Positions 44,259-55,349 are shown, numbered from the stretch's first letter. The stretch is 61,840 bases of DNA from an uncultured Myxococcales bacterium (GCA_937868485.1 CALMML010000441.1:1-61840); one strand, 5' to 3'. Numbers and translations are program-made. Notes: generated from the sequence alone by a model not told the origin.

Positions 44259-45044
44259 ATGTTCGCTTGTAGCTCAACGATTCGTGAATGCCTGTGCCTC
44301 ACTCTGCACATCCACCGAGCAAGCCAGCCTCGGTCCGTGCGTCCACCTCACGTCGTGCTCCGTCCGCACCCGCTGCGACTGGCGCTGTTCGCACTGCTGC
44401 TTGGCGTTTCGTCGCTCATCCGTGTGGCCGTCGCGGCTCCCAGCCCAACCGATCGCAGCATCGAGCAAGCCGCGCTGGAAACCGCCGAGCTGACTTCGTC
44501 GCCCACACGATCGCTGCGTCTGCGACTGCACCTGGCCCAGCTTCTCCCGCAGCTTCGCGTGACGTTTGGCCGAGGCTGGCAGCTCACCACCAGTCGCGAC
44601 TACCTGATCGATACACCGCAGACGGATAACGATCGGGTGAACTATGCGCTCAGTGCCAGCTGGGATCTGGCACGTCTGATTTCTCCTCACGGCGAGCTGT
44701 CACTGCTCAAAGAAGAACAGTCGCGAGCGCAGCTTCGTCACAGGCTCCTCGAGCGAGTGGCTCAGCTCAGCAGTGAGCGCTGCGTGCTGGCTCAGCGACC
44801 ACGACCCCTATCACGCAGCGACGAGCAGCGACGGCTGACCGTTGAGGCAACGCTCTCGATCTTGACCGGCGGCAGAGTCTCGCTATCGACCCGTAGCGAT
44901 GAATACTGTCCCGCATCACCCGAGAGACAGAGCAGCGCAGCCCCGACACAGGTGCGAACCGGCACACGACCGACTGCGAGCGAGGAAGAGTCCGTCGAGG
45001 ACAGTCGTCCAAGCATCGATCCAGATCGCATCACCGACGAATAG
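44259..45044 (+). CDS. Hypothetical exported protein
   Basis: Hydrophobic signal-like segment (LRLALFALLLGVSSLIRVAVAA), then LLPQLRV...ASWDLARLI and a coiled region; start uncertain. Confidence 0.6.
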   Translation: MFACSSTIRECLCLTLHIHRASQPRSVRPPHVVLRPHPLRLALFALLLGVSSLIRVAVAAPSPTDRSIEQAALETAELTSSPTRSLRLRLHLAQLLPQLRVTFGRGWQLTTSRDYLIDTPQTDNDRVNYALSASWDLARLISPHGELSLLKEEQSRAQLRHRLLERVAQLSSERCVLAQRPRPLSRSDEQRRLTVEATLSILTGGRVSLSTRSDEYCPASPERQSSAAPTQVRTGTRPTASEEESVEDSRPSIDPDRITDE

Positions 45045-45080
45045 CCAGGCTGACGGCTCGTGTGTTAGATCTCTGTGGCG

Positions 45081-45452
45081 ATGATCGTGGGTGTTGGACT
45101 GGATCTATGCCTGATCTCTCGAATGGAACGGGCCCTGTCGCGCAGTGACGGACGCTTCGCCGCTCGCGTCTTCACCGACGGAGAGCGACAGTATTGCGAC
45201 GGAAAAGCCAGTCCCAGTCAGCACTATGCTGCGCGCTTTGCCGCCAAAGAAGCGATCCTCAAAGCGCTGCACGTTCCCGACGGACTTAGCTGGCACGAAC
45301 TGGAAGTCATCCAGGGATCCCACGGCGGTCCCGCGATCGCGCTACATGGCGCAGCGCGGCAAGCGGCGGAACGACTGGGCGTCAGCAAGCTTCATGTCTC
45401 GCTGACGCATCAAGGTGACTCCGCCAGCGCCGTCGTCATCGCCGAACGATGA
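45081..45452 (+). CDS. acpS: Holo-ACP synthase
   Basis: MIVGVGLDLC, RVFTDGE, AARFAAKEAILKAL, HVSLTH. Confidence 0.96.
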   Translation: MIVGVGLDLCLISRMERALSRSDGRFAARVFTDGERQYCDGKASPSQHYAARFAAKEAILKALHVPDGLSWHELEVIQGSHGGPAIALHGAARQAAERLGVSKLHVSLTHQGDSASAVVIAER

Positions 45453-47125
45453 GGAGACAAGCCCCGATGCTGCTACCTACCGCCGCGCAGATGCGCGCGC
45501 TCGACGAAGACACCATCTCTCAAGTCGGCATTTCCGGCGGTGTACTGATGGAAAGCGCAGGTCGCAGCGTCGTCGAAGTCCTGGTTTCACTCAACCGCAG
45601 TGGACGCCTGTTCTTCGATCGGGCTCGCATTGTCATCGTCGCTGGCCCTGGCAACAACGGCGGCGACGGCATGGTCATCGCGCGCTACCTTCAAGAGCTG
45701 GGTCTTTCGTTCGAGCTATGGATCGTCGCGGATCGTGCACGCATCCGGGGCGATGCACTGCTTCACCTCGCTGCGGCGGAGCGAGCCGGTGTCACACCTC
45801 GATTCTGCGACGGAGCATCCGAAGAGCTGCGCACACGGCTTGCGTCCCTTTCGTCCGACGATGTCGTGATGGACGCACTGCTTGGCACCGGCTTACAGCG
45901 CAGCGTCACCGGCGGCTTGGCTTCGGTCATCCGTCACATAAATGCCAGCCGAGCCTGTACGATTGCCATCGATCTCCCGTCGGGACTCGATGCGGATCGT
46001 GGCATCCCAGTCGATGCGCCCAGCGATCCACTCATCGTGCAAGCGGACTTCACCGTCACGCTCGGCTTTCCCAAGATCGGTCTGGTTGGCTCCCCCGGCT
46101 TTCTGTTCGCTGGCGAAGTCTTCGTCGCTGACATTGGCATTTCCGCCGCACTCGGTCCGCGTCATCAGGTCTGTGCTCGGCTGCTCGATGCCTCCGCGCT
46201 GGCCAGGCTTGCCGCACCAAGATCTCCCGTCGGACACAAAGGCAGTCATGGTCACTTGATGATCGTGGCTGGCTCATCGGGAAAGGTCGGCGCCGCGCTG
46301 CTGGCCACCGAAGCAGCGCTTCACGTCGGAGTCGGACTGTGCACGCTGGCGCTGTCCGAAGATGCCGCCGACGGATCGCTGGGTAGTCGCTGTCCCGAAG
46401 CGATGACCCTGCCCTATCGGCTCGCAGCGACCCCCGATTCGCAGCTCCTGGAAGGTCTGGCAGGCAAGAGCGCGCTCGCAGTGGGACCGGGACTCGCACC
46501 GACCATGGAGACGAAAGCGCTCCTTCGGACACTCGTCGCGCACTGTGAGCAGCCGCTGCTGCTGGATGCCGAAGCACTGAATCAACTGGTCGATGACAAA
46601 GTGCTGCTGCGGACACGCGCACAGCATGGACGAGCGACGATCTTGACCCCGCATCCGGGCGAAGCGGCGCGACTGCTTCAGACGACATCTGCCGACGTTC
46701 AGCGGGATCGGGTCGGTGCGGTGCAAGCGCTGGCAGAACAGACAGGGGCGGTCGTGCTGCTCAAAGGTGCGCGAACGCTGATTGCGGAACCACCGAAGCA
46801 CAACGAAACGACAGCGCCCCGGCTGGCAGTCGTTCCTACCGGCAATCCAGGGATGGGCTCGGGAGGAATGGGCGACGTCCTGACCGGAATGATTGGCGCG
46901 CTGCTGGCCGCAGGCTGGTCCGTGTTCGATGCGGCCTGTGCCGGTGCGTACTGGCATGGACTGGCCGGAGACGTGGCTGCATCACAGCGGGCAGCGGGCA
47001 GCATTGTGCTCGCTACGCAAGTCACTGCGGCGCTCGATCAAGCCAGAGAGTTGGCGGGAAAGGTCGCAAGCGGGCCCAGGCCGTGGCCGATTGTGCCGCT
47101 TGCGTGGATGCAGGGACGCGGGTAG
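45449..47125 (+). CDS. nnr: Bifunctional NAD(P)H-hydrate epimerase/dehydratase
   Basis: LMESAG, GPGNNGGDG, DALLGTG, IDLPSG, HKGSHG, AVGPGL, LDAEAL, LTPHPGEAARLL, GGMGDVLTG. Confidence 0.95.
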   Translation: MRRQAPMLLPTAAQMRALDEDTISQVGISGGVLMESAGRSVVEVLVSLNRSGRLFFDRARIVIVAGPGNNGGDGMVIARYLQELGLSFELWIVADRARIRGDALLHLAAAERAGVTPRFCDGASEELRTRLASLSSDDVVMDALLGTGLQRSVTGGLASVIRHINASRACTIAIDLPSGLDADRGIPVDAPSDPLIVQADFTVTLGFPKIGLVGSPGFLFAGEVFVADIGISAALGPRHQVCARLLDASALARLAAPRSPVGHKGSHGHLMIVAGSSGKVGAALLATEAALHVGVGLCTLALSEDAADGSLGSRCPEAMTLPYRLAATPDSQLLEGLAGKSALAVGPGLAPTMETKALLRTLVAHCEQPLLLDAEALNQLVDDKVLLRTRAQHGRATILTPHPGEAARLLQTTSADVQRDRVGAVQALAEQTGAVVLLKGARTLIAEPPKHNETTAPRLAVVPTGNPGMGSGGMGDVLTGMIGALLAAGWSVFDAACAGAYWHGLAGDVAASQRAAGSIVLATQVTAALDQARELAGKVASGPRPWPIVPLAWMQGRG

Positions 47126-47143
47126 CGCCCCGGCGAAGGAAGG

Positions 47144-48463
47144 TTAGCCGCGCTTGCGCTCGTACTCGAACGGGTTCGAGCGGCCTGCGGGATAGTCACG
47201 ACGGTCTTGGCCAGTGTAGATCTGACGCGGACGGGCGATCTTCTGCTCGGAGTCGTCGAGCATTTCACACCACTGCGCCAGCCAGCCCGAAGTACGCGGA
47301 ATCGCGAACAGCACCGGGAACATGTCGACGGGGAAGCCCATGGCCTGGTAGATGAGGCCCGAGTAGAAGTCGACGTTCGGGTAGAGCTTGCGCTTGACGA
47401 AGTAGTCGTCCTGCAGCGCGATGCGCTCCAGCTCGATGGCGATGTCGAGGAGCGGGTTGCGACCCGTGACTTCGAACACCTGCTCGGCGAGACGCTTGAT
47501 GACCGTGGCGCGCGGATCGTAGTTTTTGTAGACCCGGTGACCGAAGCCCATCAGCTTCTTTTCGCCCTTGCCTTCCTTCACTTCCTTGACGAAGGCCGGG
47601 ACGTTCGAGAGGCTGCCAATCTCGGCGAGCATGCGCAGAACCGCTTCGTTCGCACCACCGTGCAGCGGACCGTAGAGCGCCGCCGAAGCAGCCGCGACCG
47701 CCGAGTACGGATCAACCTGCGAGCTGCCCGTCGAGCGCATCACCGAGGTCGAGCAGTTCTGCTCGTGATCGGCGTGCAGGATGAACAGCACGTCGAGCGC
47801 GCGCTCGAGGATCGGGTTCGGCTTGTAGCGCGGCTCGCTCATCCGCTTCATCATCGCCAGGAAGTTACCGGCGAAGCTCAGCTGGTTGTCTGGATAGACA
47901 AACGGGAAGCCCTGGCTGTGACGATACGACCAAGCCGCAATCGTCGGAACCTTGGCAAGCAGCCGCACGACGTTGAGCATGCGGATCTTCTTGTCATAGA
48001 CGTGCTTGGCTTCTGGATAGAACGTCGACAGCGCGCCGATCGTCGCCAGGAACATGCCCATCGGGTGCGCGTCGTAGCGGAAGCCCTCGATGACCGTCTT
48101 GACGTTTTCGTGGACGAAGGTGTGCGTCGTGATCTGCTCGATCCAGTTCGCCAGCTGCGTCTGATCCGGCAGCTCACCGTGGAACAGCAGGTACGCCACT
48201 TCGAGGTAGCTCGACGTCTCGGCCAGCTGCTCGATCGGGTAGCCACGGTAGCGCAGGATGCCCTTGTCGCCATCGATCAGGGTGATAGCCGACCGACAAG
48301 ACGCAGTGTTGAGGTAAGCAGGATCGTAGCCCATCAGGCCGAAATCCTCGTCGCCCGCCTTGATTTGACGCAGGTCGACAGTGCGGATCGTTCCGTCGGT
48401 GATGGGAAGCTCGTAGTTCTTGCCGGTTCGGTTATCGGTGATGGTCAGCGTGTTCTTCGACAT
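47144..48463 (-). CDS. gltA: Citrate synthase
   Basis: YDPAYLNTASCRSAIT.IDGDKGILRYRGY, ILHADHEQNCST, GPLHGGANE, GFGHRVYKNYDPRA, YPNVDFYSG. Confidence 0.98.
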   Translation of the reverse strand: MSKNTLTITDNRTGKNYELPITDGTIRTVDLRQIKAGDEDFGLMGYDPAYLNTASCRSAITLIDGDKGILRYRGYPIEQLAETSSYLEVAYLLFHGELPDQTQLANWIEQITTHTFVHENVKTVIEGFRYDAHPMGMFLATIGALSTFYPEAKHVYDKKIRMLNVVRLLAKVPTIAAWSYRHSQGFPFVYPDNQLSFAGNFLAMMKRMSEPRYKPNPILERALDVLFILHADHEQNCSTSVMRSTGSSQVDPYSAVAAASAALYGPLHGGANEAVLRMLAEIGSLSNVPAFVKEVKEGKGEKKLMGFGHRVYKNYDPRATVIKRLAEQVFEVTGRNPLLDIAIELERIALQDDYFVKRKLYPNVDFYSGLIYQAMGFPVDMFPVLFAIPRTSGWLAQWCEMLDDSEQKIARPRQIYTGQDRRDYPAGRSNPFEYERKRG

Positions 48464-48824
48464 GGTCCCTCTTGAGGCTCAAAGGGCTGAAAACGGATGT
48501 TCGGGCCGCGCTGGCGGCGCCGGGCACAAGCAGCGTCACCTTGGGCTAGCCTGGCCAAAAAGCAATCGGCGGGCAGTCTAGCGAAAGGGCTCACGGTCGT
48601 CACTAATCTTGCGTCATCTTTTGCCACGAATCATCCGCTTTTGCGCACCGAGGACGAACCAGCATATGGCGCGCTCAGCTCTGTGGTTTTAGCGTTCGAT
48701 GCCACCGCTGCGATCGCTGCGGCCAGCCATTCGATTACCACAGAATTGTTCTATGTAATGACGCGCCGCGCCAAGTAGTCGCTCGTGACCGCCGCTGGGC
48801 TTGCGAAAGCGCCGCACATGCACG

Positions 48825-51158
48825 ATGTTTGCCCGACCGATGTCGAGCCTTGAACCTTCCCCGCCGTCCACGCTGTCGCCTCCGACTTCGCAGCCCAACT
48901 GGCTGTCTGCTCTGTCGCGACCCGGTCCCGCGCTGCTGCTGGTGCTGCTCTTTTCGACGCTGCTGCTGATTCCCGGTCTGAGCAGCTTCGGTCTGTGGGA
49001 TCCGCATGAGGTGCGGCTTCTCGAAGGTGCGAGCGAGCCGATTCCCGCTGCGGAGCTGTGGAAGCCGTCGAGCGCGGTCAGGCCCAGGCTGCCGCTTCTA
49101 CCGATCAAGCTGGGTCTTGCGTGGTTTGGCCCAGGAGAGCTGGGTGCGCGGCTGCCGATTGCGATGCTGGCCGTGCTGCTGCTGTCGACGCTGGTGCTGC
49201 ACGGATCGATGCATCGACGGGTTCGCGCGTCGCTGCTGTCCGCGCTGGTGCTGGCGACGACGCCCATGCTGTTTCTGTCCGGTCGCCAAGCGAGCCTAAA
49301 CCTGCTGCCGATGCTCGCGCAGCTTCTGTCGGTGACGGGACTGTTTGCGCTGTGCTGGCCTCGGCCAGATCGGAAAGCGATCGATGTGCCGGTCGGTGTG
49401 CTGCTGTCGATCTGCGGGCTGGGACTCGGGCTTCTGACGACAGGAAGCCTGATCGGGCTGGTGGTTCCGGCGCTGGCCTTGGCCGCTTCGCTGTTTCTGG
49501 CGCGTGGTCCCGTCGCGGGAGAGCTTCTTTCGTCGCTGATTGCGGGCTTTGGCCTGATCATGCCGGTTCGTCAGCTGCTGGTTGTCGCGCAGGTAAAGCC
49601 GTCGCTGGTGCTGATCGGTGCGGGCTGTTTGCTCGTCGTGGGACTCTGCGGAGCGCTGCTGAGCCGTCGTCCGCTGTGGCTGCTTCTATCGCTGCTCGGG
49701 GTCGGACTGTTTCCAGCGCTGCCGTCGAGCATCAATGGCTATTCGGGCCATCTCGCCGGGGTTCCACACTGGCCAGCGCATCGAGAGTTTCAGGCGGACT
49801 CGCTGCTCAAGACGATCGGCTTTGTGATGTTCCCGTGGGTGGCGCTCGTGCCGGTCGCGATCGCGCAGATTTTTTCAGATCCCGCGACGGAAAGCGCGTC
49901 TGAACCAGCGTCGAGCGATCCAGAAACTGAGCGTGCTCAGGTTCATTCCTTGGTCCTTGTGGCGTGGCCGGCCGTCGGGTATCTGCTGCACACGCTTCAG
50001 TCGGCGCTGGTCCAAGACGCACCGTTTGCCAGCCTGCCTGCGCTGGCACTTGTCGTCGGTGGCTACATGGATCGAGTGCTGGATGGTAAAAAGCCGTCGC
50101 TGGCTGCGCTGCTCAGCACCGGGCTGTTTGCGCTGTTCGTCGCACGCGACTTCTTCTTCGGTCCCGAGCAGTATCTGTCGGCTCAGCTCACCGAGACGCT
50201 GCGCTGGCCAGCCGTCCAGCCGGGCACCGATCAGCTGATTGGTCACGGCGGACAAATTCTGAGCACGCTCGGAATTGCGGTGGCGGCGCTGTTTGCCCTG
50301 GGGCTGTATCTGGGCCGATTGAAGTCGCTGATCCTGCCCGGTGCGGCGCTGGCGATGGCGCTGTTTACGATGCACGGGCTGGTTCCGGCGGTGACGCGGC
50401 ATGTGTCGTATCGCGGCATCTACACCAAGTACGAAAAGCTCGGCGGTGGAGAGCTGGGTCTATACGGACTTCAGCGCTCGTCGGCGCGTATCTACGGACA
50501 GCACAGCGTCGAAATTCCGTCGCTCGAAGAGCTGTTTCAGTTCCTGAACAAGACGCCGGGCAAGCGCACCTTTGCGATCGTCGGAGCGAGCGAAGTGGCC
50601 GCGCTCGATGTTCACTCGTTTCAAAAGAACCTGCCGTACTACGTCGTCGACGATAGCAACAGCCAGTTTCTGCTTCTGTCGAACCAGCTGGGACCGGGCG
50701 AAAAGGATCTCAACCCGCTGCGTCGCTTTGTCACGACGGAGCCACCGAAGCCGCAGACGGAAACGCACATCTCGTTTGACGATCGCGTCGAGCTGATTGG
50801 CTACGACATCCCGACGGAAGTGCAGCGCGGCAGCGAGTTCGTGATTCGTCTGTACTTCAAGGTGCTCCAGCCGCTCGGTGGCAACTATCGGGTGTTTCTG
50901 CACTTCGACGGAACCGGCGCGCGCATCAACGGCGATCACATCCCGCTCGGTGGCAAGTACCCGACCAACTACTGGACCAAAGGACAGTACATCACCGACG
51001 AGCATCGCATGAGCACCTCGCGCCTAAACCAAAGCGCCGGGTATTATCAGGTGTTTACTGGGATGTGGCCGGGCGGCGACGGGACACGACTGCGAGTCAC
51101 CCAAGGACCGCACGAGCCGGACAACCGAGTCCGCCTATCGGCGATCAGGGTCAAGTGA
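48825..51158 (+). CDS. GT-C (ArnT/PMT, GT39-like) membrane glycosyltransferase with a C-terminal beta-sandwich domain
   Basis: GLWDPHE near the N-terminus, G..ELGARLP, many TM segments, C-terminal DRVELIGYD...GDHIPLGGKYPT..W.KG..I.DEH; start uncertain (48801-48840). Confidence 0.8.
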   Translation: MFARPMSSLEPSPPSTLSPPTSQPNWLSALSRPGPALLLVLLFSTLLLIPGLSSFGLWDPHEVRLLEGASEPIPAAELWKPSSAVRPRLPLLPIKLGLAWFGPGELGARLPIAMLAVLLLSTLVLHGSMHRRVRASLLSALVLATTPMLFLSGRQASLNLLPMLAQLLSVTGLFALCWPRPDRKAIDVPVGVLLSICGLGLGLLTTGSLIGLVVPALALAASLFLARGPVAGELLSSLIAGFGLIMPVRQLLVVAQVKPSLVLIGAGCLLVVGLCGALLSRRPLWLLLSLLGVGLFPALPSSINGYSGHLAGVPHWPAHREFQADSLLKTIGFVMFPWVALVPVAIAQIFSDPATESASEPASSDPETERAQVHSLVLVAWPAVGYLLHTLQSALVQDAPFASLPALALVVGGYMDRVLDGKKPSLAALLSTGLFALFVARDFFFGPEQYLSAQLTETLRWPAVQPGTDQLIGHGGQILSTLGIAVAALFALGLYLGRLKSLILPGAALAMALFTMHGLVPAVTRHVSYRGIYTKYEKLGGGELGLYGLQRSSARIYGQHSVEIPSLEELFQFLNKTPGKRTFAIVGASEVAALDVHSFQKNLPYYVVDDSNSQFLLLSNQLGPGEKDLNPLRRFVTTEPPKPQTETHISFDDRVELIGYDIPTEVQRGSEFVIRLYFKVLQPLGGNYRVFLHFDGTGARINGDHIPLGGKYPTNYWTKGQYITDEHRMSTSRLNQSAGYYQVFTGMWPGGDGTRLRVTQGPHEPDNRVRLSAIRVK

Positions 51159-51982
51159 TGCAGGTTCAGTCGCTGGCAGAGATCGAGCTTCGAGACGCAA
51201 TCCAACCGCTCAACCGCAGCGCACCGTCGAACTTTGGACCGGCGCTGCGCACGCCAGCGCTCATCCGCGAGCTGGTCGCACTGGGTGTCGTCGATGCGTC
51301 GCTGTCGAAGGTGCTCGTGCTTTCGGGCAAGGTGCTAGGCGGCTGTCTGGTCGAGCGGGTGCCCGGTGGTGGTCTTCTGTCGGCGCTGAGCATCGAGCCG
51401 CTGGCGCAGCAGCGTGGTGGTGGACGAGCGCTCCTCGAAGAAGTGATCAAAGCGGCGCGGACCGCCCAGCTTGCGCAGCTTCGGATCGAGGTGAGCGAAG
51501 GCGACACAGCGCATGAGTCCCTGATCGGTGCGCTGCACTTTGTGCGCGTCGAGACCCTACATCGGCTGGCGCTACAGAAAGCACCGAATCGATCGCTGTT
51601 TCCGACGGAAGAGTTCGATCTTGTGACGGAAGTTTCGATCGAAGAAGCGATCTCGCTGCTGTCGGCGCAGACCACTTGGCAGCCCGCACCGTCGGCCCAG
51701 CCGGACATGGTTCGGAAGCTGACGAAGCGACTGAGCGCGCTCACTTTGGTCCAATCGGATCGGCGCGCGACGCTGATCTTCGACAAAGAGCGAAAGCTGA
51801 TCTGGACGCTCGGCGGAGACCCGACGCGGATGGCGCAGCTTGCGGTCTGTGTGGCTGCCAAGCATGGCGCGGCGTTTGTGGACTCGCTGCGCGACGAAGA
51901 TCCGGCGATCTCCGCGCTTGTCGAGGCGGGCTTCACCAAGCTGGCCGTGCGCGCAGCCCATCAGTTGACGCTCGAAGGCTAG
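51158..51982 (+). CDS. GNAT-family acetyltransferase
   Basis: LSIEPLAQQRGGGRALLEEV acetyl-CoA motif A; ATG overlaps the upstream TGA. Confidence 0.75.
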   Translation: MQVQSLAEIELRDAIQPLNRSAPSNFGPALRTPALIRELVALGVVDASLSKVLVLSGKVLGGCLVERVPGGGLLSALSIEPLAQQRGGGRALLEEVIKAARTAQLAQLRIEVSEGDTAHESLIGALHFVRVETLHRLALQKAPNRSLFPTEEFDLVTEVSIEEAISLLSAQTTWQPAPSAQPDMVRKLTKRLSALTLVQSDRRATLIFDKERKLIWTLGGDPTRMAQLAVCVAAKHGAAFVDSLRDEDPAISALVEAGFTKLAVRAAHQLTLEG

Positions 51983-51991
51983 GAACGTCCG

Positions 51992-53587
51992 ATGTCTTTT
52001 CGTGGATTTCGTACATCTTTCCGTCTGCTGGGGTCGCTGTGCGTGGCGCTGTGGGTGGTGCTGGCGACGCCGCGAATCGCGTTCGCCGACGCAGACACTG
52101 AGTCCGGTGAAGCCGATACGCCCCGTCGAGCCATCGAGCGATTTTTGGGTCAAACGGCTGCCGGTCGCTATGCCGAAGCCGCCGAAGATCTAGAGATTTA
52201 TCCGCATGAGCCCGTCGATCGGCAGCGACTCGCGAAGCTGCTCGGCGCGGTGATCGATCGTCGTCTGTCGGCAGATCCAGCGTGGCTGAATCAAGTCTCG
52301 GATGCACCGACGGGAGACACCAAAGACGGGATCGCGCCGGATCAGGACGAAGTCGGACGCATTCCAGCGACGCCAATTGCCGAGCCGGTTCGCATGCGTC
52401 GCGTCTACGTGCGTGAGCGAGGGGAACATCGCTGGCTGTTTTCCCACAAGACGGTGCAGCGCGTGCCGGGCTGGTATCAGCGTCTCGACGACGTGTGGCT
52501 GCGCGAGCACCTGCCCGACCGACTGCTGCGCAAAGGGCCCAAGGGCTTTGTGTGGTGGGAGTGGCTGGCGCTGCCGGTGGTGCTGGGTGCAAGCGGAGTC
52601 GTCGCGTGGCTGCTCACGCTGCTGCTGGAGATCCTGATTCGTCCGCTGCTTCGTCGCAGCACGACGCGCTGGGATGAGCTGCTGGTGAGGCGCCTGCGTC
52701 GTCCGGTGCGAGTGCTGCTGGCGGTGATGCTGTGGGGTCTGGCGATGCCGTATGTGCTGATCACCGGCTCGGCGGAGCGGATCGTCACAAACTTTGCGCG
52801 CGTCGGGTTTCTGCTCGGGCTGTTCTTCTGCATCTGGCGCTGCGTCGCGGTGAGCGTGCAGCTGATTCGAGAGTCCGAGTGGATGAAGGCGCATCCGTCG
52901 GCGATGGCGGTGATTCCGCTTGGCTACCGGCTGGCAGAGATCACCGTCGCTGCACTCGCGGTGGTGACGACGCTGCAAGAGCTGGGCTATCCCGTCACCA
53001 GCCTGGTCGCCGGTCTGGGAATCGGCGGCTTGGCGGTGGCACTGGCGGCCCAAAAGACCGTCGAGCACGTCTTTGGCGGTGTGATGCTCAGCGTCGATCA
53101 GCCGATGCGCGTCGGAGACCTTGTGCGCGTCGATGATGTGATCGGCAACGTCGAGCAGATTGGCCTGCGCTCGACCTCGATTCGGACGATCGATCGATCG
53201 CTGGTGACGATTCCGAACGGCAAGCTCGCCGACATGAAGATCGAGTGCATGCAAGCGCGCGATCACCTGCGGCTGTTTTTTCAGCTCGGCATCACGTACG
53301 ACGCGAGCGTGGAGCTGCTCGAAAAGCTACGCGACGCGCTGTCGGTCTACGTCAAAGGTCATCCCAAGATCTGGTCCGAGCTGCCGGTGCGCGTTCACCT
53401 GACCGGCTTTGGCGAATCGGCGCTGACGCTCGAGATCATGGCGTGGTTTGATGAAAGTGACTGGGATCGTTTTTTGGAAATCCGTCACGGCGTGATGCTG
53501 CAAGTGATTCGGATCATCGAGCAGCACGGCGCACGGATCGCGTTTCCGACCCGCACGCTTCACCTCGTGTCGTCCGCAAAAAACTGA
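51992..53587 (+). CDS. MscS-family mechanosensitive channel with an N-terminal periplasmic domain
   Basis: SLVAGLGIGGLAVALAAQKTV, DQPMRVGD.V, G.VEQIGLRST.IRT.D...VTIPNG, IAFPTRTL. Confidence 0.93.
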   Translation: MSFRGFRTSFRLLGSLCVALWVVLATPRIAFADADTESGEADTPRRAIERFLGQTAAGRYAEAAEDLEIYPHEPVDRQRLAKLLGAVIDRRLSADPAWLNQVSDAPTGDTKDGIAPDQDEVGRIPATPIAEPVRMRRVYVRERGEHRWLFSHKTVQRVPGWYQRLDDVWLREHLPDRLLRKGPKGFVWWEWLALPVVLGASGVVAWLLTLLLEILIRPLLRRSTTRWDELLVRRLRRPVRVLLAVMLWGLAMPYVLITGSAERIVTNFARVGFLLGLFFCIWRCVAVSVQLIRESEWMKAHPSAMAVIPLGYRLAEITVAALAVVTTLQELGYPVTSLVAGLGIGGLAVALAAQKTVEHVFGGVMLSVDQPMRVGDLVRVDDVIGNVEQIGLRSTSIRTIDRSLVTIPNGKLADMKIECMQARDHLRLFFQLGITYDASVELLEKLRDALSVYVKGHPKIWSELPVRVHLTGFGESALTLEIMAWFDESDWDRFLEIRHGVMLQVIRIIEQHGARIAFPTRTLHLVSSAKN

Positions 53588-53603
53588 GCAGGTTCAGTCT
53601 GTT

Positions 53604-54485
53604 CTACGCGAGACGCTCGCGAAGGTCGCGTCGCACTTCCAGGTTGTCGATGAGCCGCGTCGATCCCAAGTGAGCCGCCGCCAAGATCACCAAGTCTTGG
53701 CAGGTTTCCGATGGTGGCTGAAGATCGTGCTGCCGACGCACTCGCACGTAGTCGGGTCGCCAGCCGTGAGCAATCAGCGTCGCCAGTGACTCTTGTTCCA
53801 GCGTGCCCGGATCGCGAGATCCCGTCCGCAGCTGCGCGGCCAGCGACTGAAGCGTCTGATACAGCCGAGGCGCTTCCGCTCGCTCGCTCGTCGACAGATA
53901 GCCATTTCGCGACGACAAGGCCAGCCCATCTTCAGCGCGCGCCGTCTCACCCGCGACGATCTCAACCGGCAGCGCAAGCTGACGCACCATGTGACGGATC
54001 ACCTGAAGCTGCTGATAGTCTTTTTTGCCAAAGACCGCGAAGTCGGGTCCGACGATGTGAAACAGCTTGCTGACGACGGTGGCAACGCCGCGAAAGAAGC
54101 CGACGCGAAACTCGCCTTCGTGCAGCGATCCGAGCGGACCGGGATCGACAACGCAGGTCTGTGGCTCGGGATACAGCTCGGTTTCCGTCGGACAAAACAC
54201 AAAGTCGACCCCCGCCGTCGCCATCAGCTCACAGTCGCGCGCAAGCGTTCGCGGATAGCGATCAAAGTCTTCGTGCGGCGCAAACTGCAGGCGATTGACG
54301 AACACGCTGGCGACGACACAGTCGGCTCGCTGTCGCGCGATCCGCATGAGCTGAATGTGTCCGTCGTGCAGGTTTCCCATCGTCGGGACAAAGCCAATCG
54401 TGCCTCGGCCTCGCAGCGCGTGACGAAGCTCCGACTGCGTTGGACAGAGCGTGGGCATCTTCGGTGTAAGAGCGGTCTGCGTCAT
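53604..54485 (-). CDS. panC: Pantoate-beta-alanine ligase
   Basis: [42 protein letters not shown]. Confidence 0.97.
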   Translation of the reverse strand: MTQTALTPKMPTLCPTQSELRHALRGRGTIGFVPTMGNLHDGHIQLMRIARQRADCVVASVFVNRLQFAPHEDFDRYPRTLARDCELMATAGVDFVFCPTETELYPEPQTCVVDPGPLGSLHEGEFRVGFFRGVATVVSKLFHIVGPDFAVFGKKDYQQLQVIRHMVRQLALPVEIVAGETARAEDGLALSSRNGYLSTSERAEAPRLYQTLQSLAAQLRTGSRDPGTLEQESLATLIAHGWRPDYVRVRRQHDLQPPSETCQDLVILAAAHLGSTRLIDNLEVRRDLRERLA

Positions 54486-55300
54486 GGGCTGCTCACGGAG
54501 GCGGAGTCGGGATCGGTCTGCGATCGCACGGGCTCACTGCGACGATCGGCACTGTGGGATGGCGTCTGTAAGTACAGCACGAACTCTTCGTTGCCAGCGG
54601 GACCGCGAATCGGCGACGGAACGACACCGAGCACACGACAGCCCAGCTGCTCTGCCGAGCGCATACAGCGTGCGATGGCTTGCTCGCGCAGCGCCGGATC
54701 ACGCACCACACCGCCTTTGCCGACCTGACCTTTGTCGACCTCGAACTGCGGCTTGACCAGCGTCAGGATCGGACTGTTCGGCGCGAGCAGCGAAACCATC
54801 GTCGGCAACAGCAGCGTCTGCGAGATAAACGACGCATCACACGTCGCCAGATCGGGCACAAACGGCAGGCTGGCTGGTTCCAGATAGCGCGCGTTGCAGC
54901 GATCGAGCACGGTGACACGCGGATCTTGGCGCAGCTTGTAGGCGAGCTGTCCGTAGCCGACATCGACGGCAATCACCCGCGCCGCACCAGCCTGTAGCAG
55001 ACAGTCGGTAAAGCCGCCGGTCGATGCACCAATGTCGATGGCGCTTCGATCGTGGACATCGACGGAAAAGTAGCTGAGCGCATGCGACAGCTTCAGTCCG
55101 CCGCGCGAAACAAACGGCAGCGGATCTCCTTTGAGCGTCACGTCCGCAGCGTCGGCGACTTTTTGACCGGCTTTGGTGACGGCGTGGCCATCGACCAGCA
55201 CCGAACCGGCCATGATCAGCGCTTGGGCTTTTTGACGACTTTCACACAGTCCGTCGCGCAGCACTCGCTCGTCGAGACGACAGGCTCCCAATTGAGTCAC
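54482..55300 (-). CDS. tlyA: TlyA-family RNA methyltransferase
   Basis: S4 domain, [49 protein letters not shown]; GTG start at 55300 chosen. Confidence 0.95.
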   Translation of the reverse strand: MTQLGACRLDERVLRDGLCESRQKAQALIMAGSVLVDGHAVTKAGQKVADAADVTLKGDPLPFVSRGGLKLSHALSYFSVDVHDRSAIDIGASTGGFTDCLLQAGAARVIAVDVGYGQLAYKLRQDPRVTVLDRCNARYLEPASLPFVPDLATCDASFISQTLLLPTMVSLLAPNSPILTLVKPQFEVDKGQVGKGGVVRDPALREQAIARCMRSAEQLGCRVLGVVPSPIRGPAGNEEFVLYLQTPSHSADRRSEPVRSQTDPDSASVSSP

Positions 55301-55349
55301 GCGTAAGTCCTTTCGTGGGGCAGCAAGGTCTTGGTAGACTGCCGCCACC

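Noticed and set aside
48464-48824. 360-bp gltA/GT-C intergenic region as a riboswitch (GAAAGG suggested c-di-GMP-I)
   Set aside because: The GGCAAA element and receptor pairing were not found; divergent promoters explain the length.
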